From a plasmid: a DNA stretch of 64,000 nt. The notes beneath the pieces are model-generated. The model had not been told where the DNA came from. It did no database searches and saw only the letters and a list, made by a program, of their open reading frames with translations. The DNA is taken from sequence record NZ_CP118109.1; one strand, given 5' to 3'. The position numbers were made by a program, and so were the translations under genes. Every line of letters begins with the position of its first letter. Within the stretch, counting starts at the first letter, position 1. This document shows positions 26,586 through 35,955 of the stretch, in pieces.

Positions 26586-26742
26586 GGCTTATCTCTCTCC
26601 CGTGTAATACCTGCGAGTGTTCGTAAGCATTACACAGGGAGAGATCCCTGTGTGTTGTGTGTTGGGTGAAGTTGAGGTTCGAGCAGGGTCCTAAGCTGCC
26701 CCTTACAAGGTGCGTATAAAAACACAACCCTCTAAGGGACGC
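26586..26742 (-). other. GC-rich, highly structured non-coding element between primase and helicase genes (candidate RNase III processing site, ncRNA or replication-origin-like element)
   Basis: About 52% GC versus about 40% for flanking sequence. On the minus strand an about 17-bp imperfect stem (AUCUCUCCCUGUGUAAU...AUUACACGGGAGAGAGAU) ends 10 nt before the helicase RBS. A second enclosed helix pairs GGCCUAAGC with GCUUAGGACC. CA-repeat ACACACAACACACA. The ORF-track frame through it lacks an RBS, whereas the helicase has a strong one at 26569-26580. Confidence 0.45.
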
Positions 26743-27840
26743 TTAGGCCTTTTTCTCTTCCTCTGCTTTTTTATTCAACTCTTTATTAAAGAGAGGACAT
26801 TTATCTTTATCGCATACGCCGCTCAGTCTAGCAAAAGCTTCACAGCCGTATCGGTATTGTCCGTTATAAACTGAGTTCACAATAGTTTCGATATCTCTTC
26901 TGTTCAATCGAGGCATGCAGTTCTCTTCGCCCCATATGAGCATCCGCGCCATTGCTTCATCTCGTTCCATTCCTTGCTGCATATAGAAGCTGGTAAGTGC
27001 AGTCCCAGAGTTATTACGCTCGTCCACAGTTTCTTTAAATGTACGCTCAAGCATGGTCTGAATGCATGGCGGCAGAGTTTCTAGCTTGCGAATCTTCCCT
27101 TGGTATTCCTTTGCTTTTATATTCCGTTCGGTCCATTTTTGGATGTACCGATCAAGGGATAACTTAGCTCTATTTGATGTTACCAGTGGAGCAGGTTGAA
27201 GGAATCTCGGTTCTTTTGCCAGTTCCTTAATTTGTTCTAGTGTACAAGTGCGAAGCTCCTGCTGCGTTATGGGTATCTTATAATGACCACCCTTCTTATT
27301 GAAGGAGTTGACCATTCGAAACATGCGCTTATCATCGTATATTGCTGTATCCATTGTTCCAAACAGTGTGTACTTCGCGATATCAAGTGCAATCTCACGG
27401 TAGATTTGATTCAGGGATACGTGCGGATTTAGCCCAAGCACATGTCCGCTGACAGTCAAGTGAATCCCTTTGTGTCCCGAATAAAATACATTGATCTGAT
27501 CAGGCTCGATTGAAAGAATATGCTTAAGATAACGAAAGGCAATATGCACGTCATACTTTAATTTGGTGTAATCCTCTTCTGTCTCTAATGGCTTATCAAA
27601 GTCCAGATAAAGATCGCCCCATTTCAGAGCATCCCTTGCATTCAATACCCATTTCCCTTTTTCATTTTGAAAGAACTCAGGGTTAATGTATTGCATTACA
27701 GTCTCATAGACGCCTATGTTGTTGTAGTAATTCCGAAACTTGATGGTCTCGGAAGGATGCATATAATGCTTTCGTGTAAATGGAAACTTTTCCGAATTGG
27801 TGTCCGCTCCGCATTCCACAAAAAGCTGGAACTCATTCAC
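26743..27840 (-). CDS. DNA primase, archaeo-eukaryotic primase (AEP/Prim-Pol) superfamily with C-terminal Cys4 zinc element
   Basis: Motif I YLDFD, motif II SGHKGIHLTV, motif III RMVNSFNKK. C-terminal C...C...C..C (YGCEAFARLSGVCDKDKCPLF). 365 aa. Confidence 0.7.
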   Translation of the reverse strand: MNEFQLFVECGADTNSEKFPFTRKHYMHPSETIKFRNYYNNIGVYETVMQYINPEFFQNEKGKWVLNARDALKWGDLYLDFDKPLETEEDYTKLKYDVHIAFRYLKHILSIEPDQINVFYSGHKGIHLTVSGHVLGLNPHVSLNQIYREIALDIAKYTLFGTMDTAIYDDKRMFRMVNSFNKKGGHYKIPITQQELRTCTLEQIKELAKEPRFLQPAPLVTSNRAKLSLDRYIQKWTERNIKAKEYQGKIRKLETLPPCIQTMLERTFKETVDERNNSGTALTSFYMQQGMERDEAMARMLIWGEENCMPRLNRRDIETIVNSVYNGQYRYGCEAFARLSGVCDKDKCPLFNKELNKKAEEEKKA

Positions 27841-28523
27841 TGTGCGATCACCTGTTTTCGAATCACTCGGTTAATCCCATGTATCTGATGAATATTCTTC
27901 TTTTGTGATATCGTCTCTCTAGCTTCATCTACATATTTCTCAATATCAAAAGCGTTTCGAAGAAGGCTCCGTTGCCAGCTTAAGCGAATGCGCTTTGCTT
28001 CATCGATGGCAAACAGGATTTCGTCCAGATCATAGATGCCGAGTAAGTAATTAAATTTTCCTTCATCCTGCTTAATCATATGAGGATTGCTCTGAATGTT
28101 CATCTTTTCATACCAGTACTCAAGCAGTTCTTCCATCGTAAAGCGTTTCTTCATCTCCAAGAAGAACGGCTCCACTTCTTGAATATATTTGCCGTCCGGT
28201 CCTTTACGCATCTTAGGCGCAGGAGAAGTTTCCCTCAGCCGGTTGTGATAGTAGAAGATATCCGGATTCATGATATTCTTCGGTGGTTTCTTTGTGGCGA
28301 AAATCTCTTCAAGCATATAAATTCGTTTGACCATATCCGGGTAATCTTGGGCAAACTTCTCGATCTCTGCTTGAATCTCTTCCAGCTCCCATCCATCCTT
28401 AACTAATTTCTGAATAGATGATATGTTAGTCCGGATACGAGAGTCGGCATTCTGTATCGGAATACCGACTATCGTGCATACGAACCATCCTGAGAGCTGA
28501 TAAATCAACCCATCTCGATTCAT
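27837..28523 (-). CDS. hypothetical protein in replication module
   Basis: 228 aa, sits between primase and SSAP; no motif recognised. Confidence 0.45.
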   Translation of the reverse strand: MNRDGLIYQLSGWFVCTIVGIPIQNADSRIRTNISSIQKLVKDGWELEEIQAEIEKFAQDYPDMVKRIYMLEEIFATKKPPKNIMNPDIFYYHNRLRETSPAPKMRKGPDGKYIQEVEPFFLEMKKRFTMEELLEYWYEKMNIQSNPHMIKQDEGKFNYLLGIYDLDEILFAIDEAKRIRLSWQRSLLRNAFDIEKYVDEARETISQKKNIHQIHGINRVIRKQVIAQ

Positions 28524-29725
28524 TAGGCGGCAAACTTCTCCAAGAAGATATTAAATTCAGCTAAATTCCCCGGAGTTAAATCGCCTGGAACTGCATCCTC
28601 TTTCTTCAAGAACTCTCTGAGTAAAGGAAGCATGTCGTTATCGGTTTGTATATTGAGCCTTGCCTTGTGCTGATGTATCTTTTGTATCTCAACCTGATCC
28701 CATTGCGGCGGAATAGCACTTTGCTGCGGAGCACTCTGTGCCTCAGTTTGAACCGGCGCGCCAACTGGTTTAGCTTCAGCCTTGAATGCTTGCGGCGTTG
28801 CTTCCGCTTGAGGGGTCGCTTGGAACGACTGCTCTTTAGCAGCTTCTGGTTGCTTGTTCGGCAGATTGCGCTGATCCCAAGCAATGGCTTCTGGTGTGTT
28901 TGGCTCATGAGGATTAAATGGATATTGATCTTCATGAAGCTCTGGCGCTACATTAAAATTTCCGTTAGCCTCGTTATTTACATCTACAGCCCAGTTCGTT
29001 TGCTGTTGTGGTGCGCCCCACTGTCCGTTAAAGCCACCTTGCTGTTGTTGTGAAAACTGCTGCTGCTGTTCAGGCGTAGGTTGGAAATAAGCTTGCTGTT
29101 GCTGTTGTTGATACGGATCAGTATAAGGCTGTCCGAAGCTTTGCTGAGGCTGAGCATAAGTTTCTTGCGGCTGCTGGAACCCACCTTGCGGTTGGTGTTG
29201 GAATTGATACTGTCCGCTTTGCTGCATTTGATCATAAGCGTTTTGTTCCTCATCAGCATCCGTTTCGACTTTAATTTTGGAATAGATAGACTCGCCTACG
29301 CCAAAGAGTGATGCCGCTTTTACTAAGACATTAGAAGCAGCTGCCTTATAAGCACTGTCTTGATTATCCTTGCCGCCGACAGCAATTTTGCAACCATATT
29401 GCTCACGCTGGCCAAGTCCGGGAATGAACAGGAAGCCGCGAGCGTGATAAACATATCCATCAAAGGACCATGTCTTGGAATCCTTATCATACTTGTAGAC
29501 TTCTTCTCTCCAATTATCAATCAAGCCGAAGTCCCAATACGTATATCCTGACACAGCGTTATCTAAAATTTGGCGAACGGTGTTTACGCCCATATACTTA
29601 CTTGCAGGTTTCTTTCCGCTCCCCGGTTTGGTTTCTAGCCATTCGTCCTTACATTCCTTCAAAGACTCACGGATCTTTTTGATCTGATCCATGTCCGGAA
29701 GGTATTTCTCAATTGTAGGTCTCAT
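28523..29725 (-). CDS. single-strand annealing protein, Rad52/Sak family, with Q/P-rich low-complexity C-terminal tail
   Basis: GYTYWDF...GYVYHARGFLFIPGLGQREQYGCKIAVGG...AYKAAASNVLVKAASLFGVGESIY parallels the Rad52 N-terminal domain (GW...G.G.....K.A.TDALKRAL..FGN.LG). The ORF-track start at 29821 reads through the promoter palindrome. AGGAGG RBS upstream of the ATG at 29725. Confidence 0.65.
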   Translation of the reverse strand: MRPTIEKYLPDMDQIKKIRESLKECKDEWLETKPGSGKKPASKYMGVNTVRQILDNAVSGYTYWDFGLIDNWREEVYKYDKDSKTWSFDGYVYHARGFLFIPGLGQREQYGCKIAVGGKDNQDSAYKAAASNVLVKAASLFGVGESIYSKIKVETDADEEQNAYDQMQQSGQYQFQHQPQGGFQQPQETYAQPQQSFGQPYTDPYQQQQQQAYFQPTPEQQQQFSQQQQGGFNGQWGAPQQQTNWAVDVNNEANGNFNVAPELHEDQYPFNPHEPNTPEAIAWDQRNLPNKQPEAAKEQSFQATPQAEATPQAFKAEAKPVGAPVQTEAQSAPQQSAIPPQWDQVEIQKIHQHKARLNIQTDNDMLPLLREFLKKEDAVPGDLTPGNLAEFNIFLEKFAA

Positions 29726-29789
29726 AGACGCCTCCTGTATACTGACTGCTTTCTTATTATATTCTTCAACAGATGCCGAAGCAACACCT

Positions 29790-29840
29790 AAATGTAATGC
29801 GTTACATTTGTATGATAGCACGCTGAATTTTAGGAATCAA
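29790..29840 (-). promoter_or_regulatory. sigma-A-type promoter TTGATT-N17-TATCAT with dyad AAATGTAACGCATTACATTT at +1 (near-duplicate of the 7413-7463 promoter)
   Basis: On the minus strand, TTTTTCTCTTGATTCCT block (shared 17-mer with 7452-7468), 17-nt spacer, TATCAT (+29812-29817), palindrome 29790-29809. Lies downstream of terminator 29852-29883 and upstream of the SSAP gene. Confidence 0.7.
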
Positions 29841-29851
29841 GAGAAAAATTG

Positions 29852-29883
29852 AAAAAACGCAAGATATCGAGAGATATCTTGCG
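29852..29883 (-). terminator. rho-independent terminator (minus strand) downstream of 29903..30181
   Basis: 11-bp stem CGCAAGATATC/GATATCTTGCG, GAGA loop, preceded on + by AAAAAA (U-run on the minus strand). Confidence 0.7.
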
Positions 29884-29902
29884 CTAGAAAGAGATAGAAG
29901 TA

Positions 29903-30181
29903 TTAAGCTTCTTTCTTTTTAAACGTGCCAACGAGATTATGGAAGCTGACAACAATATCGACAGTGCTTCCTGCAACTCTCAGAACGAACGACTCAGAGA
30001 CTTTAAGTGCGAACACTCCATTAACCTCTGCGTAGACTACTCTGACAGTATCAAGAACAGCCTGTTTCTTCTCTGCACCGTTGCCCTCTGTTTCGAAAAG
30101 AGCAACCAAGGTGAAGACCAATTGAACGACAGCCGGCGTAATTGCTAGATATTCAAGAGCTTTGCGAACGCTTGTTAACAT
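29903..30181 (-). CDS. small membrane protein adjacent to holin (possible holin partner)
   Basis: 92 aa. TM segment LAITPAVVQLVFTLVALF. GGGGGA RBS. Confidence 0.45.
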   Translation of the reverse strand: MLTSVRKALEYLAITPAVVQLVFTLVALFETEGNGAEKKQAVLDTVRVVYAEVNGVFALKVSESFVLRVAGSTVDIVVSFHNLVGTFKKKEA

Positions 30182-30192
30182 TTCGTTTCCCC

Positions 30193-30681
30193 CTATTTCT
30201 CTTCCGTATTTTTGGAAGATCGATTAGATTTATTTTCAATCTCAGATTGAACAAAGTTAATGATGCTGTTTGGAATCCACTTCTCCCATCCAGCTCGTAC
30301 AGAGTTAGCCGTTAAGCTGTTGAAGGTGTGGAAGATCAAGCCCGTCGTTACAAAATAGAAGATAACGCCTGGCGTGTTTAATACATAGTCAAGCATGTTG
30401 GCTGCTGCCGGAAAACAAAGTATGAATAAAGTCCTCAGTACGCCATTGATACCATATTCGGAAGAATAACTTCCATCTTTCTTGGAAGCGGCGATCCCAC
30501 TGATCCAGTCCATAAAGATAAAGAATGCATAGATGGCAATCATAAATTTCCGCTCTTCTCCGCCGCCGTATACGGTTTCTACGATCGACCCGAAAACTCC
30601 ACCTATTGTTGCCCATACTGCAGTAGATGAAGAAGCTATATTATCTAAGCTAAGTGTTTTTCCGAGCTCAAAGCGACTCAT
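30193..30681 (-). CDS. holin (phage_holin_4_1 / Hol44-like family)
   Basis: FMIAIYAFFIFMDWISGIAASKK...GINGVLRTLFIL...YFVTTGLIFHTFNSLTANSVRAGW resembles the family consensus (DyitGv.aA..k..sS...Gi.kK...yi.nE.lSIlEN). Multiple TM segments. Start trimmed to the ATG at 30681 (AAGAGGTG RBS). Confidence 0.6.
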   Translation of the reverse strand: MSRFELGKTLSLDNIASSSTAVWATIGGVFGSIVETVYGGGEERKFMIAIYAFFIFMDWISGIAASKKDGSYSSEYGINGVLRTLFILCFPAAANMLDYVLNTPGVIFYFVTTGLIFHTFNSLTANSVRAGWEKWIPNSIINFVQSEIENKSNRSSKNTEEK

Positions 30682-30697
30682 CGGTTTCACCTCTTTC

Positions 30698-31936
30698 TCA
30701 TCGAGAATAATTAAGCCTTACCGCATGCAGGCATGGATTCACGCCGTTGTACATCAGCAGCTTTGTACGAACCCATATCCGCTCCGAAAACTGACCTGAC
30801 CATTCAGTATTCTTGAGGGGAGTAAGGAAGCCATCTGCTTCCTCTCTCAGTAATTCGTACTCAAAAACTCGTCCTTCCATAAGCTGATCCAAGTTGCGAT
30901 CAATACCAAATGCATCACGATTGAGAAAGACGTGTTCTACAGATTCAATGTTATAGATGCCTTCCATATCGAATGGTGTTAATATTGTGCCGCCGCCTGG
31001 TTCAAACATCGTCAAGTAAACGCCGATCTCTTGCGCTCCGAGAACGAATACCTTCTTACCGCCAATATCAAGGGGATTTTTTTGAACCAGCGTAATGCGA
31101 ATCTTCTGAACGGGAACGCCAGGGAAAAACCATTTCTTGCGAGGTGTATATTCGTTGCTGTTTACAGCGGCCATATCTGGTTGAATAAATCCCTGAATGG
31201 TATTCCAAGCGCTATTATAATGAATCTCCACATTCTTGACCTGAACGCCTCTTTCCGGATGTGGATGGATTTGCACCGTGTTGATGTTGAGATTGTTTAC
31301 TAGATGGCTAGGAAGTTCAATCTCAAGGATGACATCTTCTTGATCCGGACATTCAGCAATATTATATGTTACTGTTCTGTGCCAGTAAGACTCATTATCT
31401 CCGTTGAAGGCATTAAGCAGGTTATTGTCGATGACTTCACCCTTGGTATTTGTGCGACCTACTTGAACCTTCAGCTCCGTAGGAACCACCACAGTACCGG
31501 TCTTTTCATTGACCGTGTGTGTCTTTGGTATCTGATGAATCAGAGGAACAGTCGCATAGCGATAATTCAGGTCTACATCACAACGTAGGCTCGTCTCTCC
31601 GTTCTCTTGGGAGATGTTTGGGTAAACTGTCGTCATGTCTTGTACGAAGCCGGTCTTAAAGAAGATCGGATCGTAAGGCCCTGCTGATTCAATTCGATTC
31701 ATCTGTGCTTCTAACTCTACGGTCTTACGCTCAAGCATCATCGCATAGTTGTGTAGGGCTGTATTCGCTGCAAGGATGATCTGATGGGCTTCCGAAAGAT
31801 TCTGGATATTCAGATTGCTTTGACGATACAGCTCTACAAGCTCTAGGTATTTATTATCTTCGTTGTTATTGTAATCCGAGGAAGAAGTAGCTCCCCTAAA
31901 CTGGGCGCCTCCTGGTTTACTTGTAGGCATTCTCAT
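30698..31936 (-). CDS. virion structural protein with discoidin-like motif
   Basis: NAFNGDNESYWH motif. 412 aa. First gene of the long structural operon. Confidence 0.5.
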   Translation of the reverse strand: MRMPTSKPGGAQFRGATSSSDYNNNEDNKYLELVELYRQSNLNIQNLSEAHQIILAANTALHNYAMMLERKTVELEAQMNRIESAGPYDPIFFKTGFVQDMTTVYPNISQENGETSLRCDVDLNYRYATVPLIHQIPKTHTVNEKTGTVVVPTELKVQVGRTNTKGEVIDNNLLNAFNGDNESYWHRTVTYNIAECPDQEDVILEIELPSHLVNNLNINTVQIHPHPERGVQVKNVEIHYNSAWNTIQGFIQPDMAAVNSNEYTPRKKWFFPGVPVQKIRITLVQKNPLDIGGKKVFVLGAQEIGVYLTMFEPGGGTILTPFDMEGIYNIESVEHVFLNRDAFGIDRNLDQLMEGRVFEYELLREEADGFLTPLKNTEWSGQFSERIWVRTKLLMYNGVNPCLHAVRLNYSR

Positions 31937-33866
31937 AGCTCTGAAGTCTCCTCTCTAATTCAGACAGATGCTCATTCATCTGATTCATCCTTTTTGCCAC
32001 AGGATAAAGGCCGTTCATCTTCTGTTCGGCCACCGCAACCGTTACAGTGTACTCGACTTTCATATCTCCATTTTGTAACGCGTTACTTTTTAGTTTTATA
32101 TATCCATTTTCGAACACAAAATCCCCAGGACTATTGAGTTCTGCTCCATCTAAGGATATCACAAGCCTTGAAAAAGAGCTTTCTTCAACTCCCGGCATGA
32201 GCAGATAGCTGGTCTGTTCCATATTTATATTGAACGTTTTTACTGCAGAATACGTAATATTTTCCACTCCAGCTTCGTTTTCCCCCTGAAACCACGATTT
32301 TACGGCATCATCTTGATTTTTTGTATGATTTTCTATCATCATGTGATTCAGTCGGATGTCCAAAATCTGTTCTTGGTGATCAGATAATACTTTCTCTGAT
32401 TCACGTTGCCCCCGATATCTTGCATTACGCTTCATGATATTTGGGTAGTGGTAATTATCATCCCTGCGCTCCACGATCACTAGATCGTACCCGTCATCAG
32501 CCGTGGCAATCCATCTTAATTCATAGAATCTCGTGAGCGTTTGCCCTTGATCATCATTCATGACAGCTTTAAGGATAATCGTATACCTCTTGCGAGCAAC
32601 GTAATCACGCAGTGCTGCACGGATTCGGTATTCTCCACCAGCGGCAATCGTTACCGATTCTTGTATCTGAGTACGCCCATCCATGTAGATGAATGATTCT
32701 GCGCCGACCTCTACCTTAAATTCGACAAATTTCCAAGCCGAATCTCCGCTATTTTTGTAGGATAGAAAAATATCATCCTTATTGATCGGCAGCTCATTCA
32801 TCATAATCGAAGGATTAACTTGCACTTGGCCATCATTAGTACCAATCCATAATTCTATTCCTGGCTTTTTCTTTGGTGGCTCCAATACGGAAACGACAAC
32901 TGAATCTTCGCCTTGCGATCCCTCTACATTCTCAGCATAGAACTTGATCGTATACGTTCCAAGGCGATTAAAGCTGAGTATAGCCTGCCCTCCATTCTGG
33001 TTAAGAATATCTACTCCGGTCGGAATGTCCCACCTTCTGAGGCTGATTTCGGCTTCTGATTCGGCAATAGCATCCAGGGTCAGGCTCTCACCTTGTGACA
33101 AAGAGTGTGTACTTGGTTGAAGGATATCAACGAGTATAGGCGCAGGATCAGCGACATATATGGGCGCACTTATTGTGAAATTTTCACCTATTGTATTATT
33201 CACATTGTACTTTACGTGATATGCCCCTGCTTTGCTAAATCGAGCACTATTGGTTAAATCCGTGAACGAGATTGGTCTTACAATGGTTGAGTCTGCATCA
33301 TAGAACCAATCACAATCTCTAATGGCTGTATTGCTACCGGTTAAAGTGATCTTGAAGCTGGCCGTTTCTCCAATCCGGATGCGTGCTTCGGGAGGGTCAA
33401 TTGTTCCCGATAGCGGTATATGTGGTGGCGGCGGATCCTGATACGCTTCAATTCTGTACTCTACATAATCCTGTGCTTCAACATATCCGATGTATGGCTT
33501 TCGGTACCGGGCATCGCTTCGAACTTGGCTGATTGTTTTTCCATCAACCCAATTCCCTATTGCTACTTCCAGATTACTTGAATTAGGTCCGTACCGAACA
33601 ACTTCTTCTATCCAACTCTTTACCCCATTATCGTAAACATAAGCAATCCCTAAGAGACTACCAAATTTATTTGATGGCGAGGACAGCGGTGGAGCAAAGT
33701 TTACGATGCGGATCGTCAGGTTGTCTGCACTCTGAATCTCAGGCACAATGCTATAGCCTTCCGATGTGCTGATACCGGTATTGCCAAGCACATCAGCGAA
33801 GTCCATTTCGTAAGGAAATACATTATCATCATCAAAATAAAATAATACTTTTTCTATTGTTGGCAT
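31917..33866 (-). CDS. virion structural protein (Ig-like/beta-rich repeats)
   Basis: 649 aa; beta-rich, T/S/N-rich composition typical of tail or baseplate proteins. Confidence 0.5.
   Translation of the reverse strand: MPTIEKVLFYFDDDNVFPYEMDFADVLGNTGISTSEGYSIVPEIQSADNLTIRIVNFAPPLSSPSNKFGSLLGIAYVYDNGVKSWIEEVVRYGPNSSNLEVAIGNWVDGKTISQVRSDARYRKPYIGYVEAQDYVEYRIEAYQDPPPPHIPLSGTIDPPEARIRIGETASFKITLTGSNTAIRDCDWFYDADSTIVRPISFTDLTNSARFSKAGAYHVKYNVNNTIGENFTISAPIYVADPAPILVDILQPSTHSLSQGESLTLDAIAESEAEISLRRWDIPTGVDILNQNGGQAILSFNRLGTYTIKFYAENVEGSQGEDSVVVSVLEPPKKKPGIELWIGTNDGQVQVNPSIMMNELPINKDDIFLSYKNSGDSAWKFVEFKVEVGAESFIYMDGRTQIQESVTIAAGGEYRIRAALRDYVARKRYTIILKAVMNDDQGQTLTRFYELRWIATADDGYDLVIVERRDDNYHYPNIMKRNARYRGQRESEKVLSDHQEQILDIRLNHMMIENHTKNQDDAVKSWFQGENEAGVENITYSAVKTFNINMEQTSYLLMPGVEESSFSRLVISLDGAELNSPGDFVFENGYIKLKSNALQNGDMKVEYTVTVAVAEQKMNGLYPVAKRMNQMNEHLSELERRLQSYENAYK
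32074..32087 (-). promoter_or_regulatory. intragenic perfect dyad TGTAACGCGTTAC inside structural gene 31917..33866
   Basis: Palindrome core is the same as at the intergenic sites but the flanks are T-rich. About 140 nt upstream of the 30698..31936 start. Function uncertain. Confidence 0.25.
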
Positions 33867-33874
33867 AAGCTACC

Positions 33875-35941
33875 TCACTTCGCTTGCAGCTGCAGACGCA
33901 TTATTTTCGGTGTGATGTGTGGAATGCTTTCTTCCCGCCTCATCGAAGCTCTCACCACGACTTGATTATTCTGAATAGAACTATCAATGACTTCATAGAC
34001 CAATTGAAAAATGCAGTTTGATGGCAGGTAGTTCAGAACTACTTGGTTTTCATAAATCGCAAAGTAGTCTCTGTTATTCGGGGAGATATTGTAATACAGC
34101 GAATGCTCGTCCACGATTTTAAGACTATCCTTATCTGCCCTTACCCGTTTCTCCAAGAGGAAGTTGAATTTGCCTAGTAGGGTTTCATTAGGCAGATTGC
34201 CATCTGTAAAATCCTGCCGAAGCTGCATATCTCCCCAATGGAATAGGATTTGAATCTCACTCCATCCTGCCGCCAGCGTCAAAGTTACTTCTTCATTGGA
34301 CGGTACCATGCGTTTACCATCTACATATACTGCATATGTTCCAATGCGTTTTCTTACGCCGGATACAGTCTGAATGACAGCCAGGGATAATGGTTCTACT
34401 CTGGCTTCTTCGCTATACACGCAAGTGGTGAAGCGGTAGAAGTTATCGGACTTGCCGCCATTCTCACGGCGCAAATTTAATTGGTTTCCGATGGCTTGAT
34501 AGTTAGTACGGATAGAATCTGGCCGGTTATCATATTGCGACTTCCATGTGCTGTTCAGCGGGATGGTGCCGTCAAACTTAATATAAGACCGCTCTCTTCT
34601 CCACTGATTAATCCCGCGAAGCAGGATAGGATTCTGGATATCGTCAAAGCTTTCCGGCAGGGTGCCGTCTTTGTCATCTTTAAGGAGCCTAAATACCCTC
34701 ATGCCATTCTTTACTTCCTGCGTAGCTTCTGCTTGTCCAAACTCTATATTCTTCGATGCGCGAGCGTTAAACTCTACCGTCTTCGAATATTTAGGAGTTG
34801 TGTCTTCAGAGGGGCTGATCGGATACCAGATTAGGCTATCCAGTGCAGTCGTTTCATTCGTTAGCGCAACTTCGTAATCAATCGCTGTCCCGAACGGGAT
34901 ATCCTGTGAGGCGTTAAGTGAAACCATGTTGATATTATCAGAACTAAATACAAATGGCTGCGTAATTAAGGTGCCTTCGCTGAGATAGCTTTTCTTTGAA
35001 ATCGAAATGCTCTTTGCGCCGAAGTAATAGTTATACATGCCGGCAGAATTATCATCATGATCCTTCTTCTCATAAGTGAACTTAATTGCCTTTACCTTTA
35101 GCTGAGAGAAGTTCCATACCGCTCGATTACTTACAGATTGCTTATTATTCTTTTCAGGCAACGGAGTGAATGTCGATCCATCAAGAGAGTATTCTACTTG
35201 GATCAAAACGGGCTTGCCGTGGTGAGCAATATACTCTACTTCATTAATCTCTTCTACACTGGCCAGCCTGATCGTCAGCTCTGCTTTTACGGTGCCTGGT
35301 CCTGTTGTTTTAATTACATGCCACCAAGCTGTATTGATGTTGTCATCGAACGCATTGTTGATCGTTTCGATAGCAGACTGTTTTACGTTAGGCGTAAGTG
35401 CATTAAAGGTTGCTTGAGAGCCTGATAATAAGACTTTATTGCTCTGCCTTTGATTTTCTTTCAATGTGATCTGACCGTTATTCAGATCAATGGCTGCCGT
35501 GCTATTACCGGTGTTCATCCGGCTTGTGTCAATGAAGTCTTCAATAACCGTATCTAAGTAGCTGCTTCCTGCCCCCGACACAAGGAGAAGCTGATCAATC
35601 TTCTTAGATAGCATAGATAGTTCATGGCTGATCTTGGCTCGCTCTGTTTCAACAAAATTGAAGTCATTCATAATTCGAATGGTTTGACTAATTGTGGCGT
35701 CATACAAATCGCCAATGTCCTGTCTAATCATCGTCACATTATCATTGTAGCTTTCGCTGTCCGACTTCTCTTTGCGGAGAACCTTACGAGGCGAAAAGGA
35801 CGGAGCTCCAGGAGTATGTTCCCGGAGCCATTGCCCTAGATGATAAGTGATGGTTTGAATACTGGGATATCTTCCGCGCTGCAGATAGGACCTTACGATC
35901 TTCTCTACTGTGCGTGAGAGCTGTGTCTGCCGGATGCCCAT
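33875..35941 (-). CDS. virion structural protein with discoidin-like motif
   Basis: NAFDDNINTAWWH motif. 688 aa. Confidence 0.5.
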   Translation of the reverse strand: MGIRQTQLSRTVEKIVRSYLQRGRYPSIQTITYHLGQWLREHTPGAPSFSPRKVLRKEKSDSESYNDNVTMIRQDIGDLYDATISQTIRIMNDFNFVETERAKISHELSMLSKKIDQLLLVSGAGSSYLDTVIEDFIDTSRMNTGNSTAAIDLNNGQITLKENQRQSNKVLLSGSQATFNALTPNVKQSAIETINNAFDDNINTAWWHVIKTTGPGTVKAELTIRLASVEEINEVEYIAHHGKPVLIQVEYSLDGSTFTPLPEKNNKQSVSNRAVWNFSQLKVKAIKFTYEKKDHDDNSAGMYNYYFGAKSISISKKSYLSEGTLITQPFVFSSDNINMVSLNASQDIPFGTAIDYEVALTNETTALDSLIWYPISPSEDTTPKYSKTVEFNARASKNIEFGQAEATQEVKNGMRVFRLLKDDKDGTLPESFDDIQNPILLRGINQWRRERSYIKFDGTIPLNSTWKSQYDNRPDSIRTNYQAIGNQLNLRRENGGKSDNFYRFTTCVYSEEARVEPLSLAVIQTVSGVRKRIGTYAVYVDGKRMVPSNEEVTLTLAAGWSEIQILFHWGDMQLRQDFTDGNLPNETLLGKFNFLLEKRVRADKDSLKIVDEHSLYYNISPNNRDYFAIYENQVVLNYLPSNCIFQLVYEVIDSSIQNNQVVVRASMRREESIPHITPKIMRLQLQAK

Positions 35942-35955
35942 AATCTCATCACCTC

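Noticed and set aside
26650-26700. tRNA-like T-loop (GGTTCGAGC) inside the GC-rich intergenic element
   Set aside because: No complementary T-stem, acceptor stem or anticodon arm could be built on either strand, so it is not called as a tRNA.
28606-29053. Overlapping ORFs 28606..28935(-) and 28646..29053(+) and other ORFs inside the SSAP gene
   Set aside because: They fall within the Q/P-rich low-complexity coding repeat of the SSAP C-terminus. They are alternative-frame artefacts of repetitive CAG/CAA/CCA sequence.
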